From Bacillota bacterium (GTDB lineage Bacteria > Bacillota > Clostridia > Christensenellales > UBA1242), in assembly GCA_009784185.1 (NCBI GenBank), contig WRCD01000005.1, positions 1,868-65,867 on the forward strand: a stretch of DNA of 64,000 nucleotides. The letters are read 5' to 3'. Within the stretch, counting starts at the first letter, position 1. Each line of letters starts with the position of its first letter. This document shows, piece after piece, positions 51,223-57,939 of this stretch. A model generated the notes under the pieces. The model saw only the letters and a list, made by a program, of their open reading frames with translations, was not told the origin of the DNA and searched no databases. The position numbers and the translations under genes were made by a program.

Positions 51223-52593
51223 TTTGCACTTTCCACAGTTCGTACATTTATGCCGAGTTATCAGCATAAACACCGCAACCGTCACCAACAGAATTATAAA
51301 CGCCGCAAACAGCAGCCCGGCAAAATCCCCGTTAAAAGCCGCACACGCAATTTTATATGACAGGAACGAAAACAAATACGCCGCAGCAAACTGTATGCCC
51401 ATCGCCACCCATGCAAGCTGCTTCCCAACCTGACGCCGGAGACTTACAATAGCCGCAATGCAAGGGATACTAAGCAATACAAAAACCAAAAACGACACTA
51501 CAGCTTCAGGCGTAAAACTTACGCTCAACACGCCCAGACAAGACACAATGGCCTCCTTAGCAACCAAGCCGCAAAGCATTGCGGATACCGCTCCCCAGTT
51601 TCCCCACCCGAGCGGAACAAAAACAGGTGCCAGAATCATGCCTATTTGCTGCAGCATACTTATTTCCAAATCCGGGTCGGAGATGTAAACAAACCCGAAA
51701 GTAAAGTTTTGCAACACCCAAACAAGAACCGTAAGACTTAACACAACTGTTCCGACCCTTTCCGTAAAGTGACGGGCAGCATCGGCAGCCGATTTTGCCA
51801 CAGCTTTTATACTGGGCAACTTGTATGGCGGCACGCTGTCATTGCGAGTCCGCCCAACAGAGACGGGCAAGCGAAGCAATCCTTCGGACAGAAGCACCAA
51901 TCTTTGGGATTGCTTCGTTTGAAGGAGTATCAGGTCCGTCTCGCAATGACAGTTCGCCACACTTCTTAAGAGAAGCTTGTCCATTATCCACGCCAACAAC
52001 ATGGCAACCGCAACTCCCAGCAGATACAATCCAAAAACCAGCACCCAATTGCCCGCCCCAAAAAACGCACCGCCCAGCACCACATAAACCGGCAGTTTTG
52101 CACTGCAGGACATATATGGTGTAAGTATTGCGGTTTTGATTCTTACACTTTTATTTTCAATATTCTTTACTGTAGGAATTGCCGTTGTAGTACAGCCAAA
52201 CCCCATAAGTAAGGTAAACGCACTTTGCCCGCTTAATCCAACTTTAGAAAAAAACTTATCAAAAACGCGGGCAACCCGTGCCAGATACCCTGTCTGCTCC
52301 AAAACGCCAAGACAAACAAACAACAGCACAATCTGCGGCAGAAATGCAATAACCATTCCCGCCCCTCCAACCACCGCATCACGAACCAGCGCAATTATCC
52401 AGATTGGAGCGTTTATTGCAATAACCAGGTCAACCAGATACCCGCCAACAATCCTAACCACCACAAATTCAAAGCAGTACGACAAAAACGCCCCAAACGG
52501 CCCGAATGTAATAAAAAATATAATAAGCATTACCAACAAGAATATGGGCAACGCTAAATACTTGTTTAGGAATATCTTGTCGGGATTAATCAC
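51205..52593 (-). CDS. feoB: FeoB-type transporter, membrane (Gate/nucleoside-recognition) portion only, with an in-frame family-C repeat
   Basis: LEQTGYLARVARVFDKFFSKVGLSGQSAFTLLMGFGCTTTAIP .. LTPYMSCSAKLPVYV is the FeoB core. The ORF has no G-domain, and the 78-nt gap to nrdR leaves no room for one upstream. Confidence 0.7.
   Translation of the reverse strand: MINPDKIFLNKYLALPIFLLVMLIIFFITFGPFGAFLSYCFEFVVVRIVGGYLVDLVIAINAPIWIIALVRDAVVGGAGMVIAFLPQIVLLFVCLGVLEQTGYLARVARVFDKFFSKVGLSGQSAFTLLMGFGCTTTAIPTVKNIENKSVRIKTAILTPYMSCSAKLPVYVVLGGAFFGAGNWVLVFGLYLLGVAVAMLLAWIMDKLLLRSVANCHCETDLILLQTKQSQRLVLLSEGLLRLPVSVGRTRNDSVPPYKLPSIKAVAKSAADAARHFTERVGTVVLSLTVLVWVLQNFTFGFVYISDPDLEISMLQQIGMILAPVFVPLGWGNWGAVSAMLCGLVAKEAIVSCLGVLSVSFTPEAVVSFLVFVLLSIPCIAAIVSLRRQVGKQLAWVAMGIQFAAAYLFSFLSYKIACAAFNGDFAGLLFAAFIILLVTVAVFMLITRHKCTNCGKCKNSPLR
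51837..51951 (-). repeat. Family-C element inside the feoB-like gene (core inverted relative to the copy at 40826)
   Basis: TGTCATTGCGAG ... CTCGCAATGACA. The reverse complement shares the identical 33-nt core TCAAACGAAGCAATCCCAAAGATTGGTGCTTCT. Translated as [38 protein letters not shown]. Confidence 0.85.
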
Positions 52594-52622
52594 CCATTAG
52601 TGTATTTGAGGCTCCACAATAA

Positions 52623-52664
52623 AATTCCCCTCTATAAGAGGGGTGCCCGAAGGGCGGGGTGTGG
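52623..52664 (+). repeat. Family-A repeat
   Basis: AATTCCCCTCTATAAGAGGGGTGCCCGAAGGGCGGGGTGTGG. Confidence 0.85.
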
Positions 52665-52671
52665 ATAAAAG

Positions 52672-53160
52672 TCACTGTTCTTTGTTACCTGTTCCTTGTT
52701 CACTGAATATCATATTCTCAAACTCATTAAGGAAACTTACAAAGTTGTTTATATCCTTAAACTTCCTGTATACACTGGCAAACCGCACGTAAGCAACTTC
52801 ATCCAGTTTTTTCAGCGCATCCATAACCGCCTCGCCAATTATGCTGGACTTTACCTCCTGCTCCAAGCCGTTGTGTATCTGCTTTTCAATGTCGTTTACA
52901 ATTTTATCAATCTGCCCCATTGTAATCGGACGCTTTTCGCAAGCCTTAATAATACCATGCTTAATCTTGTCACGCTCAAACGGCTGACGCGAACCATCGG
53001 ATTTAATAACCAAAATCGGTACCGTCTCCACAGTCTCATATGTGGTAAACCGCTTCCCGCAAGTTAAGCACTCGCGCCTCCGCCTTATTGAGTTCTGTTC
53101 ATCGGTTGCGCGTGAATCAATAACCTTACTGTCATCATGCCCGCAATAAATACATTTCAT
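52672..53160 (-). CDS. nrdR: Transcriptional repressor NrdR (zinc ribbon + ATP-cone)
   Basis: [42 protein letters not shown]. The last ~10 aa (EQGTGNKEQ) are read from heptamer array D4. Confidence 0.9.
   Translation of the reverse strand: MKCIYCGHDDSKVIDSRATDEQNSIRRRRECLTCGKRFTTYETVETVPILVIKSDGSRQPFERDKIKHGIIKACEKRPITMGQIDKIVNDIEKQIHNGLEQEVKSSIIGEAVMDALKKLDEVAYVRFASVYRKFKDINNFVSFLNEFENMIFSEQGTGNKEQ
52673..52703 (+). repeat. Heptamer array D4
   Basis: CACTGTTC TTTGTTA CCTGTTC CTTGTTC AC. Confidence 0.8.
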
Positions 53161-53225
53161 GTTTGTGCTTTCTCCTGTTGATTTATGAATTAAGTATAGC
53201 CTATAGAGGAGAAAATGTAAAGCAA

Positions 53226-53344
53226 AATTCCCCTTACTTTACTTTCGCCACACCCCGCCACTAAAAGGGGCAGTCCGGAGTGTCGGGGGATGTGATTTGC
53301 GAAGGCACCTAACAGACCCTGACAGCTCCGGACTGCCCCTTTTG
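53226..53344 (+). repeat. Degenerate family-A unit followed by family-B long hairpin (copy B3)
   Basis: AATTCCCCTTACTTT..CACCCCGCC, then stem AAAAGGGGCAGTCCGGAGTGTCG, loop GGGGATGTGATTTGCGAAGGCACCTAACAGACC, stem CTGACAGCTCCGGACTGCCCCTTTT. Confidence 0.85.
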
Positions 53345-53345
53345 T

Positions 53346-53690
53346 TTACTCCGCATAAATTGTATCTTTCCTATCCTTGCCGTGTTCGCGCTTTTCCGGC
53401 AGTCCGCAAATATGCACACCGCGCCCTGCGGGCCCATGACACGGCGCACCCGCAATCGGATTAAGCTCAACCAAAATCATATCCGCACCAATTTTGCATA
53501 CCTGATGGTACGGTATAAAAATATCTTCGCGAACTCTGAAAAAACTGCCGCGCTTCAACCCAGGCACAACAATACCCAGTACCTTGCCGCAGCATTGCTC
53601 AAATACAAGGTCAATAACATGACCCAAACAGCGCCCGTCCACCAGATTAACCACTTCCTTGCAGCGCAAATCACAAAAGGATAACTCCAT
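53346..53690 (-). CDS. ylmC: YlmC/YmxH-family (PRC-barrel) sporulation protein
   Basis: MELSFCDLRCKEVVNLVDGRCLGHVIDLVF .. GIVVPG fits the family. I prefer the ATG at 53690 over the track start at 53711. Confidence 0.75.
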   Translation of the reverse strand: MELSFCDLRCKEVVNLVDGRCLGHVIDLVFEQCCGKVLGIVVPGLKRGSFFRVREDIFIPYHQVCKIGADMILVELNPIAGAPCHGPAGRGVHICGLPEKREHGKDRKDTIYAE

Positions 53691-53748
53691 GCAAGTATTA
53701 TATGAGCACAAACTGAAAAATTCCCCTTTGAAACTTTTGGCGAAACCC

Positions 53749-53775
53749 TTGACTTTTTTCTGGGGGGGGTATAAT
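53749..53775 (+). promoter_or_regulatory. Promoter with a G8 tract in the -35/-10 spacer
   Basis: TTGACT, 15-nt spacer TTTTTCTGGGGGGGG, TATAAT. AAGGAG and the ATG of the 107-aa ORF follow about 30 nt downstream. Confidence 0.5.
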
Positions 53776-53804
53776 GGAGGTAGAAAAATTTAAGGAGAAT
53801 TAAG

Positions 53805-54128
53805 ATGAGTAGTTTAGAAGAAATAGCTGCCATATATGGTAATGAGATGAAACGCTGCGGAATGAGTGTTTACAACGGAAGAATGAACGACCCGGACACT
53901 ACCGAAAAACTAAGAAAATCTGAATCCTTTCAATCCCTTTCATCTGCCGAACAAGAAGCTATATTGCAGCATGGCCACAACATGAGAAGATACGGTATGG
54001 GTATGTACCAAGAGCGTGGCGCAGCACAAATGTATTATGACCAACTTAAGGGCGCACCGCCTGAGTTTGTTTTTAAAAGACCGGAAGCGTCCAATGCTTC
54101 CATAAAACAGAAACCCATGCTTCCATAG
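53805..54128 (+). CDS. Hypothetical small protein (107 aa) with an internal duplication
   Basis: AAGGAG lies 8 nt upstream. It carries the repeated motif MKRCGMSVYNGR / MRRYGMGMYQER. Confidence 0.55.
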   Translation: MSSLEEIAAIYGNEMKRCGMSVYNGRMNDPDTTEKLRKSESFQSLSSAEQEAILQHGHNMRRYGMGMYQERGAAQMYYDQLKGAPPEFVFKRPEASNASIKQKPMLP

Positions 54129-54142
54129 TGTGATTGTAATGC

Positions 54143-54167
54143 AAAAAGAGCCGCCGGCTCTTTTTTT
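54143..54167. terminator. Bidirectional terminator
   Basis: AAAAAGAGCC-gc-cGGCTCTTTTTTT between convergent genes. Confidence 0.8.
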
Positions 54168-54963
54168 ACACCAAATACTTTCTTACTACTTCCAGCGCAT
54201 TCTTCTCTAATCTGCTCACCTGCGCCTGGCTGATGCCAACTTCATCGGATACCTCAATCTGGGTTTTCCCTAAAAAGTATCTCAGCTGAATAATGCGCCG
54301 CTCGCGCTCATCAAGGTTTATCATAGCATCCTTTATAGATACACTTTCAATCCATTTGTCGTCCACTTCGCGGTCATCCGCAATATGGTCCATCAACCGC
54401 ACCGAGTCAGACTCGTCACTGTAAACCGCCTCATTCAGGCTGACCGGCTCGCTGATTGCATCCAGCGCACAAGCCACTTCCCTGTAAGGCAGTTCCAGGT
54501 CCAGTGCAATCTCTTCCAGTGTAGGCTCACGGCTTAAGCTAGCCTCCAGTTTTTCATGTGACTGCAGTGCACGGTAGGCTATGTCCCGCAGACTCCTGCT
54601 GACACGCACCGCATTATTATCACGTAAAAAGCGCCTGATTTCGCCTATTATCATTGGCACGGCATATGTGGAAAACCGCACTCCTATGGTAATATCAAAG
54701 TTGTCTATGGCCTTAATTAAGCCCACGCAACCAACCTGAAAAATGTCATCGCAGTTTTCTTTACGCCACATAAACCGCTGAACCACACTTAGCACCAGCC
54801 GCATATTGCCGTATATAAACCGAGACTTGGCACCCAAATCACCCTGCTTTATTTTAAGCATAAGCTCAACCATTTCATCACGCTTAAGGTACGGCAGCTC
54901 AGCCGTATTAACCCCGCAAATTACAACTTTGTTTGACATATCAAATAGGTTGTCCAAACTCAA
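54166..54963 (-). CDS. sigG: Sporulation sigma factor SigG
   Basis: NKVVICGVNTAELPYLKRDEM .. GNMRLVLSVVQRF .. DDIFQVGCVGLIKAIDNFD .. FSTYAVPMIIGEIRRFLRDNNAVRVSRSLRDIAY closely tracks SigG. The start may be the ATG at 54939 (MSNKVVICGV). Confidence 0.85.
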   Translation of the reverse strand: MSLDNLFDMSNKVVICGVNTAELPYLKRDEMVELMLKIKQGDLGAKSRFIYGNMRLVLSVVQRFMWRKENCDDIFQVGCVGLIKAIDNFDITIGVRFSTYAVPMIIGEIRRFLRDNNAVRVSRSLRDIAYRALQSHEKLEASLSREPTLEEIALDLELPYREVACALDAISEPVSLNEAVYSDESDSVRLMDHIADDREVDDKWIESVSIKDAMINLDERERRIIQLRYFLGKTQIEVSDEVGISQAQVSRLEKNALEVVRKYLV

Positions 54964-54982
54964 CAGGAATTATACAACAAAA

Positions 54983-55094
54983 AATTCCCCCTTGAGCCAA
55001 GGGGGTGGCACGAAGTGCCGGGGGTTGTGGTAAATTAACATAACACAACCCTCCCCGCTAGGCTAGCGGTACTCCCTTAGCTTAAGGGAGAATT
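54983..55094. repeat. Family-A repeat, inverted pair
   Basis: AATTCCCCCTTGAGCCAAGGGGGTGGCACGAAGTGCCGGGGGTTGTGG ... CCTCCCCGCTAGGCTAGCGGTACTCCCTTAGCTTAAGGGAGAATT. Confidence 0.85.
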
Positions 55095-55151
55095 TTAGCG
55101 TGTGCTATAATCGTTTTGCGACTTCCCTCTTTTATGCTATATTAAATTAAA

Positions 55152-55913
55152 ATGGATTATTCGTTAGACCAAAACAAAAAAGGCAGCTGGTTCACCTCAG
55201 CCGACAGCCTTAAAATAGTTGCAATTACCGCAATGCTTATAGACCACATTGCGTGGTCGTTTGTTACGCTTGAATCCGCAGGCGGATTTATTATGCACTT
55301 TATCGGCCGCATGACAATTCCGATAATGTGCTTCTTTATAGCCCAAGGATATTTGCGCACAAGCAACCTAAAAAAATACGCGCTCCGGTTGTTGATATTT
55401 GCTCTAATTGCCCACATACCGTTTGTTATGTGGCAGACCGGCGGATTTCCGTTAACCATTGTCGGATTCCTGCAAAGCTTTTTTAATACAAGTGTAATGT
55501 GGCCGCTGTTTCTGGGGTTAATTGCCCTGCATATTATAAACAAGCGCCATTGGAACTATTTTCTCCGCCTGTTTTTCATAGTTGTTTTTCTTGTACTTTC
55601 GTTTGCGGGAGACTGGACCATATGGGCGGTGCTGTGGATTATAGTTTTTGGAACCCTGCACAAACACAAGGTATGGCAGTTTGTATGCTTTGCCGGAATT
55701 GCGCTTGTTTATATTTTGTTGCATATAGTCTCCCCCGCTGTTGCGGGCGAAACGTGGGCATGGCATTTGTATACTCTGGGGCTGTTTGCGCCAATACTTC
55801 TGCTATGGTTCTACAACGGCAGCCGCAAACCGAGCAAACATCTGAAGTACGCGTTCTACATCTTCTACCCCGCCCACCTGCTGATAATAGCGGTGATAGC
55901 GTTATTAGTTTAG
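55152..55913 (+). CDS. traX: TraX-family membrane protein
   Basis: SADSLKIVAITAMLIDHIAWSF plus about seven TM helices fits the TraX signature. It lies on the opposite strand between sigE and sigG. Confidence 0.75.
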   Translation: MDYSLDQNKKGSWFTSADSLKIVAITAMLIDHIAWSFVTLESAGGFIMHFIGRMTIPIMCFFIAQGYLRTSNLKKYALRLLIFALIAHIPFVMWQTGGFPLTIVGFLQSFFNTSVMWPLFLGLIALHIINKRHWNYFLRLFFIVVFLVLSFAGDWTIWAVLWIIVFGTLHKHKVWQFVCFAGIALVYILLHIVSPAVAGETWAWHLYTLGLFAPILLLWFYNGSRKPSKHLKYAFYIFYPAHLLIIAVIALLV

Positions 55914-55916
55914 CCA

Positions 55917-56043
55917 AAGGGGTATGCGGAGTTACGGGGGATGTGTTTTGCGAAGGCACGTAACAGACCCTGTAAGCTCCGCGTACCCCTTTAGGAGCAA
56001 AGCGACCCTTAGTTGTTACTTGTTACCTGTTCCTTGTTCCCTG
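55917..56043 (+). repeat. Family-B long hairpin (copy B4) + GGAGCAAAGCGACC + heptamer array D5
   Basis: Stem AAAGGGGTATGCGGAGTTACG, loop GGGGATGTGTTTTGCGAAGGCACGTAACAGACC, stem CTGTAAGCTCCGCGTACCCCTTT, then GTTGTTA CTTGTTA CCTGTTC CTTGTTC CCTG. Confidence 0.85.
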
Positions 56044-56046
56044 ATT

Positions 56047-56766
56047 TTACATCAACTTTGCTATATCCTTTTTCATTCTGGCAAGAATCTTTTTCTCTAT
56101 TCTTGAGATATAGCTTTGAGATATGTTCAGCACATCCGCAACCTCTTTCTGCGTCATTTCATCCTTGCCGCCTAAACCAAACCGAAGTGTTACAATCTCC
56201 CGTTCGCGGGCATTCAGTCTGTTTACGGTTGCGGTTAAAATTGAGTGCTCTACCGAGGTTTCAATGTTTTTAAACACTTCCTCGGCATCCACTCCAATAA
56301 TATCGCCCAGCAGCAGCTCATTACCGTCGGAATCAAAACTAAGCGGCTTATCAAGCGAAATTTCCTTTTTCTGCTTCTGACTCTTTCGCAAATACATTAA
56401 TATCTCGTTTTCAATACACCTGCTGGCATAAGTTGCCAGCTTTATGTTTTTATCCACATCAAAAGTGTTTACCGCCTTAATAAGCCCGATACTGCCAACC
56501 GAAATTAAATCCTCCTGCTCTAAGCCGGTGTTTTCAAATTTTTTAGCAATATAAACCACCAGCCGCAGATTATGCTCAATCAGCACAACCTTGGCAGACT
56601 CATCTCCTGCTTTTAGCTTTAATAGATACTCCCGCTCCGCTTCCGTCTCCAGCGGATTTGGCAGTGCTTCGTTCCCGCACAGATAGTTAATAAGGTCCGT
56701 ATCCAAACTCTCCAGCTGAAAACGCGTTAACTTATTAATAAAACTAAGAACTAAACTTTTTAGCAT
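56047..56766 (-). CDS. sigE: Sporulation sigma factor SigE (pro-sigma-E)
   Basis: YLCGNEALPNPLETEAEREYLLKL .. IEHNLRLVVYIAKKFENTG .. EDLISVGSIGLIKAVNTF .. KLATYASRCIENEILMYLR. Confidence 0.9.
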   Translation of the reverse strand: MLKSLVLSFINKLTRFQLESLDTDLINYLCGNEALPNPLETEAEREYLLKLKAGDESAKVVLIEHNLRLVVYIAKKFENTGLEQEDLISVGSIGLIKAVNTFDVDKNIKLATYASRCIENEILMYLRKSQKQKKEISLDKPLSFDSDGNELLLGDIIGVDAEEVFKNIETSVEHSILTATVNRLNAREREIVTLRFGLGGKDEMTQKEVADVLNISQSYISRIEKKILARMKKDIAKLM

Positions 56767-56779
56767 AACGCCCCCTTTT

Positions 56780-56909
56780 CAGGTAACAAGTAACAGGTAA
56801 CAGGGAACAACTATTGGTCGCTACGCTCCGATATTAATTGGAACGAAGTGACCCACCGTTGTTACCTGTTCCCTGTTACCTGCTCCCTGTTCCCTGCTCC
56901 CTGTTCCCC
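56780..56909. repeat. Inverted heptamer arrays D6/D7 with central GGTCGCTACGCTCC module
   Basis: CAGGTAACAAGTAACAGGTAACAGGGAACAAC .. GGTCGCTACGCTCC .. GTGACCCACC GTTGTTA CCTGTTC CCTGTTA CCTGCTC CCTGTTC CCTGCTC CCTGTTC CCC. Confidence 0.85.
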
Positions 56910-56916
56910 GCCGCCT

Positions 56917-57741
56917 CTACAAGCTAAGCAGCGGGTTCAGCAGCACCTTTGCCCCAAATACCTTTTCCAGCTTTTTTGTACTGACACCCAGCAGCACCCT
57001 GTCTTGCGGCTTGCCGTCAACCTCAACCTTGTCTGCGCTGAAAACAACCATTCTGCCATTACCGCTCACCGAGCGGATGCTCATCATATGCGCGCCATAT
57101 GCTTTGCCCGACAGCAGCTTAATACTTTCCTCAGCATTAAACCACTTGCTTAAAACATCAGCCTCCACCACTACAACCGGAGCGTTAGTAACCGGGTCGG
57201 TTAACCTGTTGCCGCTATCTAAAAAGCCTTGCATCTGCACAGTTTTACCGTTGACAGTAACAGACACCTTGTGCAAAAAACACGCACCTGCACGCCTTAC
57301 ATAAACCGAATTAATCCCCGCCTTAATCAGCCATGCCAGAATTACTATTGCAAGCAACACGGCACCTACAGGAATCTCGGTGTTATAATTAAAGCTCAAT
57401 GCCTGCTCTGCCGTAACTTCTAAGTACCAAAATAAACCCATAAGCGCCCCGCCAAAGCAAAACGTGTATAATAAAAACACAACATACTTTAGCGCCAGCT
57501 TACGCGCATTCATCTCCAGCAGCGTTACCATAATAAGCCCAACCGGCAGCTTAACGAGTATTGCTGTTATACCTGTTAGCGGCAGCAGCGGACTAGCCAG
57601 CGCAAAAGCCGTGCCCACACCGGCAGACAGCAAAACCAGCCTCCACTTAGGCGTCAGGCGCAAGGTAATTGCAGTAAGATACAACAACAAACTGTTAATT
57701 ACCATATTGTCGAGTATCACATATTCCACCACAACCGTCAT
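56917..57741 (-). CDS. spoIIGA: Sigma-E processing peptidase SpoIIGA
   Basis: Five N-terminal TM helices, the C-terminal GFLDSGNRLTDPVTNAPVVVVE aspartic-protease motif, and a position directly upstream of sigE. Confidence 0.85.
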   Translation of the reverse strand: MTVVVEYVILDNMVINSLLLYLTAITLRLTPKWRLVLLSAGVGTAFALASPLLPLTGITAILVKLPVGLIMVTLLEMNARKLALKYVVFLLYTFCFGGALMGLFWYLEVTAEQALSFNYNTEIPVGAVLLAIVILAWLIKAGINSVYVRRAGACFLHKVSVTVNGKTVQMQGFLDSGNRLTDPVTNAPVVVVEADVLSKWFNAEESIKLLSGKAYGAHMMSIRSVSGNGRMVVFSADKVEVDGKPQDRVLLGVSTKKLEKVFGAKVLLNPLLSL

Positions 57742-57838
57742 GCTTAAATTATAAATTATTTAACACAGTTTTGATTGTGCAAAAAAACCACTATCCCCAC
57801 TATTTTTGTATAATCGGAGCGCAAGCGACCCCACAAAA

Positions 57839-57935
57839 AATTCCCCTCTCAGCCCCGCGTCTCTGCTGGCGTGAATGGGCTGGGCGCTACGGCTAAGTTG
57901 TTAGGGGTGGCAAGCCATAAGGCTTGACGGGGGTG
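57839..57935 (+). repeat. Family-A repeat (expanded first hairpin), preceded by GGAGCGCAAGCGACC at 57816-57830
   Basis: AATTCCCCTCTCAGCCCCGCG..GGGCTGGGCG..TTAGGGGTGGCAAGCCATAAGGCTTGACGGGGGTG. Confidence 0.75.
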
Positions 57936-57939
57936 TATG

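Noticed and set aside
56780-56909. Heptamer arrays and the regularly recurring family-A/B hairpins, considered as CRISPR arrays.
   Set aside because: The units are 7 nt, or are dispersed singly. There are no unique spacers of regular length and no cas genes in the window.
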